A stretch of DNA of 55,845 bases from Macrostomum lignano (taxonomy: Eukaryota): positions 1-55,845 of the forward strand of contig NIVC01004193.1 of assembly GCA_002269645.1 (NCBI GenBank), read 5' to 3'. Position 1 is the stretch's first letter. Each line of letters starts with the position of its first letter. Below, piece after piece: positions 14,125 through 26,600 of the stretch. The notes beneath the pieces are model-generated. The model saw only the letters and a list, made by a program, of their open reading frames with translations, was not told where the DNA came from and did no database searches. Both the position numbers and the translations under genes were made by a program.

Positions 14125-16404
14125 TTTGACAGGTTGGCTTAGCAATACAACTTTGTAACATGCAATGGCACGAAAGAGTTTTATATATACTTATTAAACA
14201 TAGAATGTATATGTTCATACTAAAAAGCAATATGTTAATATATTTGTATTGTGTTTTTTAATACCTGCAGGTTCAGCCTAAAACAAAATAGATTAAATCT
14301 GGCACTGTGCCATTAAAATTATGACTATAAAGTTTTTATAATAGCATTGGAAACAAAATAGTATAACAGTTATATTACCTAAGGCTGTTAGATGTTATTG
14401 GTCCAATGAACAGAAAATAACCTATAATGGTTGCAATGTACCATGGCAATAATTTTACTGTTTGATCTTCAACTTCTTGATTTTGTAATTGTATTCCACA
14501 TTGTATTACTAACAGTAATATGCAGTTGAAAATCTTAGCAAATGCTACCATAAGCAAAAAGGAATAAAGAGCATTGAAGGAAATTCTATGCTTTTTTGCT
14601 ATTGCTGGGCAAAATAGCTAAATTTCAACAAAGGCAATGCTACTTGATTATTATTGAAAAATGAACATTTTATACACAAGTTAAACTAACACAAAATGTT
14701 AACTGTTTATGCAAAATGGTGGAACTAGTTTTTGTTATAAATGATAGGGGATGACTATATATAGAAACAAATTTGTCAGAAATAAGCTCTAACTTAGGAA
14801 AAACCTTTGAGCAGAGTCACAAAGCTCCTCAAAATGAATTGATAAGTTCAAATTATTAAATTTCTTAGATTTGGAGTTAAAATGAGTTACTTATTTCAAG
14901 TGAAGAGTTCTCATAATAGTTTAGAGACTTATTAAATGAGTTAGGAGTTTATGCAAAGGATTACAAACAGTAACACTGTGACACTCTGATCTTAGTAACA
15001 CCCATATTGGAATAGTACATGTACCAGTAAACAGTTCAGGCCAAAATACAAATTAGACCATTACTAGAATACACTAGACTGCTATCAGAATACATTAGAA
15101 TCCAACCAGAATATATTAGAACACTATCATAATACAAAGAATAGGCATGTCTCCTCACAGTTAAAGCTACTAGTTTTATTCTTTTTTCTACTTTATTATT
15201 TCTTACTTTTTATTTCCATTTGGTAGATTGTTACACCAGACTAATGTAACTTATATCTTTATTGCCTTTTTGAGTTTATATATTCTAATAAAAGAATATG
15301 ATTTCTAAAGATGTTCTTAGTCAAATTTTTAAAGTGAATTGTAAAATATCAAAAATGAAAAATGTTATAAGACTTTTACCTTTTAGTTTCTTTTTGTCAA
15401 AAATCCTATTGTTACAACCATAAGTGCCATTCAAGGTTTAATAGCATCTATACTAATGATGATATCTATATAAAACTATATAAACATATTCTTGACAAAA
15501 TAATCTTTTATTCGAAATATTGGTTAGTATATTCTATTTTAGATTTCATTTTATAAGTAAAAATAGCCTGTCATATTATAACTATAATTATATGGAATGG
15601 CCCATATGCTATAAAAATGCTATTTTAGTCCTTGACCCTAAGGACTTACAAGCTAGTTTTATTGAAAGTAAAAAATGTATAACTTCCCATAGCTATATCC
15701 ATAGCTTGTGATTAGTTTGTAACTAATTAACTAATTATATTAAGAACTATAATTGTTGCAATTGCAAAAAAGTTGGCATTAACTTTACATTGGTATGAAT
15801 ATATATTTAGTTCAGAGCATTTTAGCATAGCATGAACTTAGCATGATCTAGATTATAGGTCAAGGGACTTACTAAGTCCCTATTAAAAATTATTAGAATT
15901 ATATATATAAATTTGAAACTTGACAATTAGGAAATCAATTGGGTACCCTACTAGGATTTAAAATATTCTTCTTAAATACAATTTGATAAATAAGAATACT
16001 TTAGTGATAATCATTTTAATGATAAGCAAAAGAAAGTCATTTTAGTAATAGGAAGAAAACCTTTTTGATGATAACTATTATGGTTTCAAATATAATTTTT
16101 TTGCCAATCTTAAATTAAATAAAGCCTTAAATTTTAGACATTTGCTTTGCTAAAATAGTAAAGTATTGATTTATTTAATTTTGTTTATTTACTTCATAGA
16201 GTTGCAATCTTTTGTCTTTATTAGGCCTATACCTTTTTAAACCCTATTACTTTTTTCATAGTAGGAATTTCGGACTTCTTGAACTTTAGGTAGATATAAT
16301 AGTTGCAGTTTTGATGATCATAATTTTGTCTCTACATAGGTTTTTGATGGTGCTGATTTCAAATTTGAACTTCATTTTATGTAGCTTAAAGCCAACCAGA
16401 AGGG

Positions 16405-16885
16405 CATGGAGAATGGGGGGGTTTAGGGTAGGGAGAATCTTCATGGGGAATGATTTTATGTACCTAAACTTCAATAGAGGCATGGAGATCTATTGAAGAT
16501 TAGGTAGATAAATTGAGAGGCTAAGGGGAGAGGGCAAATCTTGGGGTCATGGGTGGAGGAGGGGGAGGCTGAAAACCACTAAAAACCAGGGCATGGGGAA
16601 TAGAGGATGTTAGGATGGGGAGAATCTTTATGAGGATATATTTTATGTACCTAAACTTCAATAGAGGCATGGAGTCTATTGAAGATTAAGTAGATAAATT
16701 CCAAACCTGAGGGGGGTTTAACAAAGGGAAGGGTGAAGAGGGGGGTGGCTAACAACCACCAACCACCAAGGCATGGGGAATTAGGCATTTTAGGGTGGGA
16801 AGAATCTTCATAGGGATTGATTTTATGTACCTAAACTTTAATAGAGGCATGGGGGTCTATTGTAGATTAGGTAGATAAATTTGGA
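16405..16885. repeat. About 180-bp tandem repeat, about 2.7 copies
   Basis: The block TTTTATGTACCTAAACTT..TAGAGGCATGG...TATTG.AGATTA.GTAGATAAATT occurs at 16454, 16641 and 16821. Confidence 0.9.
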
Positions 16886-17404
16886 GACTGAGGGCATCCA
16901 AGGGGAGATTGTAATGAAGCCTAATTAAATTAAAAATTCAGCAAGTTATCAAACACCTCCATGGAGAAAAATTATAATCCTATCAAACTACATATAATTG
17001 ATATCAGCAGCTATACTTATCTTTAAAATGGAGAAGACAATATAGATTAGTGTAAAACATGTAAAGAATGTATGGCTAGTCACAACCATGACAGAATGAC
17101 AGCAAATCAAAAGTATAAGGTGAGTGTGGTGGCAAACCATGAATCAGCATTTTTAAAAACACTAATTTGACAAGGCACTCTTGCTGCACTATAACAAACT
17201 GGGTGAAGAAAAATTAGAATAGACACTCTTTTTATCAGAGTTAAAATTCTAACCTTCTAAATGTTATTTTAAAATGAATTTGTTAAATTGTGGAAAATAT
17301 TTACTATTTTAAATAACTACTATTTTAAATATTTGCTAGCATGCTGCTCTGTACAAATAAAAATAAAATATTATTATTAATTTGGATTTTTCTTAAAAAT
17401 ATTT

Positions 17405-17821
17405 GGCAGTTGTTATTTGTCCAGTGACCAGACAAATAGCCTTTTTGCTATTTGTCTGGTTAAATTGCTAACACAAATATCTTAGGCCTATTTGTTTTGT
17501 GATGAATATTCTAGATTTTTTTAGACCTTTTCTTGTATAAAGCAGTGTATTCAATTCGGCATAATTTGGTATATAAGACACACACTAGTATAACAATATA
17601 ATAATCAAGACACAAGTAAGAAATCTTTGAAGTCTAGGAATATTTGCCCTTGTGGTTTTTATAAACTAGATATTTTAGCATTATCAATTTAACTGGACAA
17701 ATAACAAAATGTCTATTTGTCCGGTATTAACCGGATGAATAGGAAAGCATGGTCAGGATCTAGTAACCGGACAAATAACTACATCACTATTCGTCTGGTC
17801 ACCAGACAAATAACAACTGCC
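17405..17821. mobile_element. Mutator-type MITE, 417 bp
   Basis: About 35-bp TIRs (GGCAGTTGTTATTTGTC...GACAAATAACAACTGCC), an exact 9-bp flanking direct repeat AAAATATTT (17396-17404, 17822-17830), and subterminal GACAAATA repeats. Confidence 0.8.
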
Positions 17822-19659
17822 AAAATATTTGTTTGATAGAATTTTTAAGATAGGCCTATATAGGCGCCTAATTATAAAACAAAAATAATTACAAACTAAT
17901 AATAATATTATAAAGTGTCTCCTATCATTAAAATGACCAACTCATACTCATTGAATCTTCCACTTTTTATCAAAGCCAAACCAAAATGAAATAGGGCCTA
18001 TGTTATATAATAAATTTATTATATAAATTATTTAAAAGCAACTTGTTACCAATATGACCATTTTTTACCAAGACATCTGTCACCAAAATGACCTAATACC
18101 AAAACAACTGGCACCCAGCCTAGGCCCAACTGTTCTTAATTTAGTTTGGTATCTAGGATAATATAATAGGCCATAGGCCCTATCATTAGGCTGAAACTAT
18201 AAAACAAAAAATATTTTTGGTTTACCTAGTTGTTATACCTTACAGAAAACTTTTGTCAATAGAAGCTAAGACTAGATCCTAGAAACTAGGCTCAATACAA
18301 TATAGGTGCCTATATTATAGTGGCAATTTAGCTGCAGCTTATGATTTCTGAATGAAATGTAAAAGTCTAGTTTAAGGCCTACTGTTACTCTGTTACAAAA
18401 TAGCATGATCGCGAATAAACAAACATAAAGACATACGATAGGCCCTAGCTCGCCTAGGTCTGATACTGCTAGAGCCTACTTTTATCGATTGGATTGCTAT
18501 TGCCTTCAATTGATGGTTTGAAACCGTTTGATGCTATTGGATGTTGATTTAGCAAACTTTTAGCAAGCATAAGATAGATAAGATAGACTGGCTGGCAGAA
18601 ATGTTGAGCAACCCTAGGCCTAAGCAGATGAACATATCTTGTAAGACAAGAGTAGTTTACTATGATTTGTTGTTGTTAGACGGGATGCGTAGCAGTTTAC
18701 TGTGATTTATAGGTTATAACTAAGTACAAAACAGGTGAATTGTGAAAATCCTCAAAATTTTAAGATCAGCACTGTAAAATGTTTGAAAAACCAATACAGT
18801 TTCAATTTCTCATAATGTAAAAGTAGGTGGGCTGAGCAAAAATGAAATAAAGTATTTTAATTCTTTGAAAAACCCTACAGCAAATGGTTAAACGCAATTT
18901 TTCAAAGTTTGTGAGACAAATTTGTTTAATAATAGTTTAACTATACGTATTAAAGCCTGGTTGCCTTGAAAAGATTGGTGTAATGAAATTGAAGTGGTTG
19001 ACGCTTGCTAATTTAAACTGAAGAAGACGATAAAATGATTGATATAATATTATTTGACGACGATGACCTGAATATTATTTGGACACCACAACCGACAGCA
19101 TAGCTTCGACCCCCAGAGAGGCTAGCTGCGAGACTCGCACGATTTCACAATGAACAACATGTAAATTATGCAACAAAGAATCGAACTTTTCTAATTATTT
19201 GATTTTTCTATTAAAGGTACTTTTATTTAATTGTTTTAATTCTTTCTACAACAAATGAAAATAACTGTGAAAATATACAATTACAGAGAAATGAAAAAAA
19301 TAAATTACACTGAAAATAACGAGCTCCACCTGCGTTTTAGATCAGCAAAGCAGCCGATTTACATGTAATAAAAGTGTAAATTTGTCCTAGTGAAATAGCA
19401 AAATGTGCAGGTACATTTGCATGTACAAGGGGCTACTATCGGGAAATCTGAATTTTGAAGGGTCATGCGCAGTTCCACGGAGGTTTGCGGCAGGTACTGT
19501 AGTGAGTCAATTGCAATTACTGTAATCTCGGGATATGGCATGCAGATCTCTATACCTTTCAATTTTGATCCCTGCTTGGCTCTTGTTGTTATCTATTCTA
19601 TATAGCAATAGAACTATATCGTTTACATGTAACAGCTACTACTAAATGAACTACATATG

Positions 19660-20010
19660 CTCGCCTATCTTTGACGAGGATATCCCCCCAACGAATTATG
19701 GACGCGATATATTCGCTATTCCAAAGAAGCCGAGCACAACACGGCTAGAGAAACACAATCGAGGTAATCTCCCTGCAGTCCTGCGCTGCGAAGCTGTTCA
19801 ACTGGATGCTGGAGCCGTAATTGAGTCCTGAGCAGAACGGCATCCAGCCCCATCGGCCATCGCGGCGGGCAACATGCAGTACGTGATGCATCAGCTCTCG
19901 CCGAGTCATCGAGGAGGCGCGGGTACGCCATGCAGTCATATACGCGCTAGCCCCAGTGATTGCATCTTCGAAATAGATTTCAAAAAGGCATTTCTACTCA
20001 GTCGCAGCTG
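19660..20010 (+). mobile_element. Decayed non-LTR retrotransposon (RTE-like) reverse transcriptase fragment
   Basis: Across frameshifts it reads IFAIPKK...RG.SLQSCAAKLFNWML...PEQNG...RRVIEEARVR...IDFKKAF, matching LINE RT domains 0-2. Confidence 0.7.
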
Positions 20011-20449
20011 GGACTACTTAAACTATAGGGACGGGAAACGGGAAAATAGTTGGAGGCTGGTTTTTCTAGTGCTCCCTAGAATTTAATATTAAACGTAAAA
20101 AGCTGGCTTTTCGTCATCCAGTACAGATTTATCTCTCTTGCACAAGATACAAAACTCGATTTTTGTCAATCTTTATTCTGAGAGGAGCAGTGAGCTTTTT
20201 TGTACAGTAGGCCCCCTTTTACAGTGTTTTATATAGAGAATGCCTTATAAAAATCTGCAGTCAGACGGCTTGTTGTCTATGGTATAATTAAACGCATTAC
20301 TACTATATAACACTTGTGTATCAATTGAGCATGCAACGAAGGCTTGGCTTTAGTCTGTCTGATGATTGCATGATAGAGCCATGTATATGAATGAAAAGCT
20401 TAGCTAAGGGTAAAAAAACTCTAGCAAGCCAACTTTTTTCAAGCCAAGC

Positions 20450-21245
20450 TCGAGACCCCCGTCGGGTGGAACATTTGGCAGAGCTACCCGGACCGGATGC
20501 AGCGAGGCTGCGGCAGCTGCTAGAGCGCAACGAAAACTTGTTCGCCAAGCACGAGTTCGACCTGGGCACAATTCGCAGCTGCTGCAGCACCAGGTCGAAC
20601 TGGAACCGGGAACGCGGCCGAATCGGCAAGTCAAGCAGCGCCGCCTGCCCCTGTGCGCGAGACCAGGTGGATAAAAAGATCGTACAGATGCTGGACAGCG
20701 GCATCATTGAGCCGTCGTCGTCGCCATGGGCGAGCAACCTGCTGGTGGTCCGCAAGAAGAACGGCAAAATGCACGGACTGGCGGCAGCTGAATGCCTGCA
20801 CGGTCAAGGACGCGTACCCGCTACCGCATATGCAGCAAGCATGAATGCTCTGGTCGGGTGCTCCTGGCTCTCCACCATCGACTGTCGGCAGGGCTACCAC
20901 CAGGTGGAGGTGGCGGAAGAGGACCGGTTTAAGACAGCCTTCTATTCGAACCGCGGCCTGAAGCAGTTTCGCAAGACGGGCTTTGGAATTTGCAATGCCC
21001 CAGCGACGTTCCAGCGGTTGATGAAGCTCGTAATGTCCGTTCTGTCCTGGGACTCCTGCTGACTTACATCGACGACTTCATCGTCTTAAGCAGGACCTTC
21101 GACGAGCACTTGGTGAGACTGGAGTGCGTTTTTTTACGGCCTCGAGATGCGGGTCTCAAACTGCACAAGGCGAAGAGCGTGTTCTGCCATCGCCTGGGAC
21201 ACCTGATCAGCGAGCAGGGTATTGTACCTGACCTCAGCAAGGTCT
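20450..21245 (+). mobile_element. Decayed Ty3/Gypsy pol (reverse transcriptase) fragment
   Basis: HEFDLG, QMLDSGIIEPSSSPWASNLLVV, DWRQLN..TVKDAYPLP, GYHQV, KTAF, FGICNAPATFQRLM, YIDDFIV and LGHLISEQGI are spread over three frames. Confidence 0.9.
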
Positions 21246-23601
21246 ACCGTACAAGACCAAAGAGGCATCACCTGACTCATGTGATCGCATAATATTCTGC
21301 ATATCATGTTTACTTGCAAGCCAAACAATTCTCTTGCTAAGTCGGCTGTCCACTGTTGAATGTGCCATGAGTCGAGGCTGACTGACACGCGACACCATGT
21401 AGAGGTTTATCATACATATTTGTGAAATTTTGAATGCTTTCAAGTCCACAAAATATATCTAGCAATACGTACGTACAGTCACCGACTGCGACTCTGTAAA
21501 AAGTAAATCGTCTTCTGCTTTCCCCTTGCTCCTTTTCCATAATTCTACCCCCTCCCCCGAATTCACGTGGCTCGGATTGAAAGTAATTGCAGAGCAACTT
21601 TCAGAGTGTAATGACCAGGAAAATTTTATTAGTTATTAAGCTATTTAAGGCTAATTTCGTAACTTTTAGACGACGCAGCAGAAGCAGCTACAAGCTTACG
21701 TGAATAGCAAGATGATGCTTGTTTAGAATCCCGGTAGACAATTCAATAAGGCGTTTGCTATGTCTTTTGCAAAAGCTCACTGCTCCTCTCAGAATGAAGA
21801 TTGACAAAAATAGAGTTTTGTGTCGTTTAGAGGAATAAATTCTGTACAGGATGACGAAAAACCAGCTTTCTACGTTTAATAATAAATTCTAGGGAGCGCT
21901 AGAAAAAACCAGCCTCCAACTATTTTCTGCATGGTTTGGCCACCTTCCCCTCCCTAGTTTAAGTAGTCCCTGCTGCTCGGTCGTCTGCAAGGCCATGCTC
22001 CCAACGTGCCCGAGCAGCTTTTTGTCTCTGTTGTGGCAAAATGTAACCGTGATACGAAAGCTGCAGTTTCTGAAAAACCGTGGACGAAGTGCTCCAGTAA
22101 CATACGCTTGTACGTTCCTGGTGCACTTTTTAAATGCTGGACTGCATGGGTATACTGCGGAGTGCTCTATCTACCAATGACGACGGCTTTCTGCTGCGGC
22201 AACGCGTAGGTTGACGCCAACCGGAGAGGCGGCTTAGTATGCTTGGCTACCCTTGTCTGTCGAGGCACCCATACGCAGCGACAACTGGGCAAGCCTGGTT
22301 GCTATTGCAGCGAGAGTCGGCCCAAGTGGTCAATATATGCACACAGAAGACCGTCGATCGTGCTCTGCCTTCCGAACGACATCGAAGGCTGCAATTTTGT
22401 GCCGAGGCTTAGATTGAAAGGCGACGGAGCTTCTGTGCTCTCAGCAGTTCATCTAACTCGGCGGCCTAGTTCGCTCCGCTTGCCTGGGCTGCCTTTCTTT
22501 CTGTGAGGGCAGTCTGAACGCCAGAAGTCACTTGTTGCAGGCTGTGGTTGAGACTGTCCTGCTGTAACAGACTGAAACATCGACGCTGAAGGACTCGCTG
22601 GAGCAAAAGGTAGACGCGGCCTGTTGTGCGCCGCCTTTAAGATCGGTGATGAGCGAGTCACCAAGGCGACACTGGATCCCCGCGCCGGTCTAGTACGCCC
22701 AAGCGAACTATTAATTACCAAGGACCACCGTACTACGAGCGTATTACTACAGTGGTCCTTGACTGTTGCGCCGTCGGCGAATCCAGCGCGCTAGCTAGCA
22801 CGCTACTTAATCCGCGCCGAGTCGTACTACCCACAGCCGGTACAGGAGATGCTGCTGACGCTGCAGGCACCCTACTGGCGGGAACAGGCGCGCATTTGGC
22901 GTTTCGTCGATTGCCTGCTGCTGGCTGACGCAGGCGACCCGGATTCGGTCGTCGGCGCGCCCTGTGACTCTGACTTCTAAATACCCTGACAGCATCTGTT
23001 GTTGCTGTTGCATCTTTGGGCTGAGCATCTGACAGTGATTTATTTATATATGCTCTAATGCCCGACGATAATTGCCTCGGGTCAAGGGCTTAAGAAGTCG
23101 GCCGAACCCATCATCTACTGTGTAATATTCGCATGGTGAAAAGAGAGATAGTTTGTAATTTTAGCCAAGGACTACTAGTGTTCCTAATGGTCCTTGCTTT
23201 ATCCATGTACAGTAGCTACTCATAATATATACGACCATTCGTCAAATCGTCAAATCGGGTTGGCTCACCAACTGACACGTTGCTGATTATGTCACTGCAC
23301 CTCTTCAGCTACCTGGTAGCATTCACTAACTGCAGATGACACTGCACCTTGGACAATACGCATGCCGACATATCCCCAGGTCGAATGACATAATTTGAAA
23401 ACAAACTCAGAAGGTTTTAAAGTCGTGCATTGTTTATAGTGAAGATATGCGTACTTATTTTTTTGTAATTTGTACTTTCGGCAGTATTTTTTCAGAAATA
23501 AACGCGTGCAATGCACCGTATACCATATGATACGATAATGAGTGCAGTAAGCCTTCTAATTGAACAACCATGGGGTAAAAGACGAGTCAACAAAATGAAT
23601 A

Positions 23602-26600
23602 TCACGACTCATCGTACTCCTTGACCAGTTTAACAAACACTTGGTCAAGCGACATTTGGTACAGCGAGAAATATTGTATGCCCAGCTTTTTCTTTTTAGC
23701 AATCAGCCAACGCATTGCCTCCGAGAACTTTGGTACACTCTTCTTTAGCAAGCTGAATTGCATGCTCCGCTCAAGGTCCTCCATCACTACAGACTCGGGA
23801 AACTGTTTGATAATCCGCTTGGCCAGTTTGCTTCGCTTTAGTGCCAACTTTTGCGGCTTTTTTGACTTCATCAGAACGTCCAGAGTGTACGCCTCTCCGT
23901 GCCTGTTGTGGGAGGTAAAAATAATTCATAGGTAAAATTTTCTACGGCGTTTCTTAAGTTTGTAAGAGGGCGTTTCAGTTGGTGAAGTTTTTGCAAATTA
24001 AGTCTAAAACGATTCCTAAATGCCTTAATAAAAGTACAAGTTAGTTTTTACAGCAAAACTGATTATTTTTCAGCATAACGACTGCTCACCGGCTGCGCAG
24101 CTGTTGCACGGTACCGAACCCGATCATCAGGCCCTTGTTCATGATGCCGACGCGAGCGCACAGCGCCTCGACCTCCTCCATGCTGTGCGTGGTGATCATC
24201 ACCGAGCGTTGCTTGTTCGCCATGCCTCGAATGGCGCCCCAGATGAAGCGCTTGTTCTCCGGATCGACTCCGGTCGAGGCCTCGTCGATCACCACTAGCG
24301 ACGGGTTGCCGAGCAGCGCGATGGCCAGACAGAGGCGCCGCTTGTTGCCTCCGGACAGCTGCTCGGCCGCCTTGTGCTGGTGCGGCTTCAGTCCGAGACC
24401 TTCGATGAGTCCGGCGATCTGCGCGCTGCCCAGCTGGTCCGGGATGCCGCGGATCTGCGCGTAGAAGCGGAGGTGCTCAAACACAGAGATGCTGTTGAAC
24501 AGCGGGTTGTGCTGCGGACAGTAGCCAATAGCGCCGCATCTGGCGCCGTCTATCCCAGACATCCAAGTGCCGCCGAAGTGCACTTCGCTGGTGCCGCTCG
24601 AGCTGGCCTCCTCGCCGACAATGATAGACATGCTGGTGGTCTTTCCGGCTCCGTTGGGGCCCAGCAAGCCGAGAATCTCGCCGGAGAAGGAGCCGAAGGT
24701 GGTGCCTCGCACCGCGTGCACTCCGTTCGGATAGACCTTTTGAAGGTCGCGGACTTCGAGCATGTTCACCGAGCTCCTCGTCGTCTTTCTGATCCTGTTG
24801 GCTTCAATTCCAACTCCTTCGTCTTTCAGCGGTTTTGGCGTTTGTTTTGATGCTTCGATATTCTTTGCAAACAAACTGGCAAGAGCTCCCGGGTTTTCAA
24901 TTATGAAAATGAGGCCAATTAAAATCGCAATGTGTATGGGCATCACAATAAAAGAGTAGACCACGTGCGAGTTGGCAAATAATACGTCTCTAATATTAGG
25001 CACGTCGGCCGGGTTTGATGTTTCAAATAGCAGTATTGTGTAGAGCAGCATCTTTGTACCCATCAGCATCACAAGCAGCGGCGGGAAGGGCGGTATTATT
25101 ATCATCATGGCATACAGAACCGATTCATTGTCTTGAAAGTAGCTGCCCGCCATGCCTAAAAACATGGCAAAGAAAAAGTAAAGAACCAAAACAATTGCGT
25201 TCGTCTTCTTCATCATTGCGCTGACAACGTAAACTGTTAGTTGACTACACGATGTGCCCAAGAATGTCAGTGGCAGCACCATGTACACAAGGAAGTAGGC
25301 ACTTTGATACTTTTCTACCATCAGACAAGTCAAGGCCATGGAAAAGAAGCAAAGTATATAGTGCAACCAGTGCATCACAAAAGTGGTAAACCAGTAGGCA
25401 ATGCTGCTCATTCCCATGGACGCTAGGTGTTGACGAACGCCGCTGTCCTTGTCCTCGATCGGGTCATTCAGATACGTTACTGGCACCAACGCGAAAGCGG
25501 CCAGCAGCATGAACAGCTCTTGGCACTTTTCAAACTTAAAAGAGTCGATTGTCTCAGCTAAATAGACGCTCGCCAAGGTGAAGTTTCTGGATTTTGATTT
25601 GGCATTAGCCTCAAAGTACTCAGCTGCAAAGTCGTAATACTGCATAGCAGCAAAAACTCCCTTTTCTCTAGCGCTTTCATCCTCTTCATCGACTGGGTTC
25701 TCATAAACACCGTGGTAGAGCAGCCGTCTCGAGTTATTCGAGTGACTGTTCCAGTCGGTAGAATAAACGAAGAAACAATTAATAACAAAATTTTTCGACG
25801 ACTTTGGGCAGATTTTGCGAAACTTCTTTTTTACTTCCGGCGTCTGAACGAACTTGCCAACGCTGGTCTTCATATCCTTGATTGCCACCTCAAGATACCG
25901 CGAATTCAAAGCCATACCACACAACCTTGTCAGAGTCGTATTTGTCACACCAGACTCCTTGTCCGCGATACAGACTCCCCGAGATATAGCCAAGGAGTTC
26001 CGCATGTCGCTCGAGTTCATATTAATGATTGCGACGGAAGGTTGTTCTGCAGCGTTTTGCTCTTTGTCTTTGTCTTTGCCTGGCTTCTTTTCTTTGTCCT
26101 TATTTTCCAAGTAGCACATTTGGGCAATAATCCCAATCATTATTAGAGGAAATATAATTCGAAAGCAAAATGTCATTTTTGCTTTGAGTTGTCGGCTGAA
26201 GTTCATTCGAATCAGGGCCAAAAACTGATTCGCAAAAGTGGCATTCAGCGGTTTGGTACTTTCGAAATTGTACAGCGAGCTGAAGTTCACTCGCTCGACT
26301 CCAGCGCTGCCGCCGCCTCCCGATCTTCCCAGCTTTCTTAGCTGCTTCGACTTAAACGACGCCTCGATGTTATCCAAGTCGATGAATTTTAGACGCATAA
26401 AAATGTCGTCCAGCTGCGCTTGCGACACTCCGAAAGCATCGACAAGTTCCGGGTGCTGCTCCAAAGTGTAAATTGCATCGGCGAGTGCCTGCGGCTTACC
26501 CGCCGAAACTTGAAGCTGCAGCTCAGTTTGATAACTACCAACTAGCTTTACTTTCTTGAGCATTTTTACAACCTTGGTAGCGTCTTTTTCATGTTTAAGA

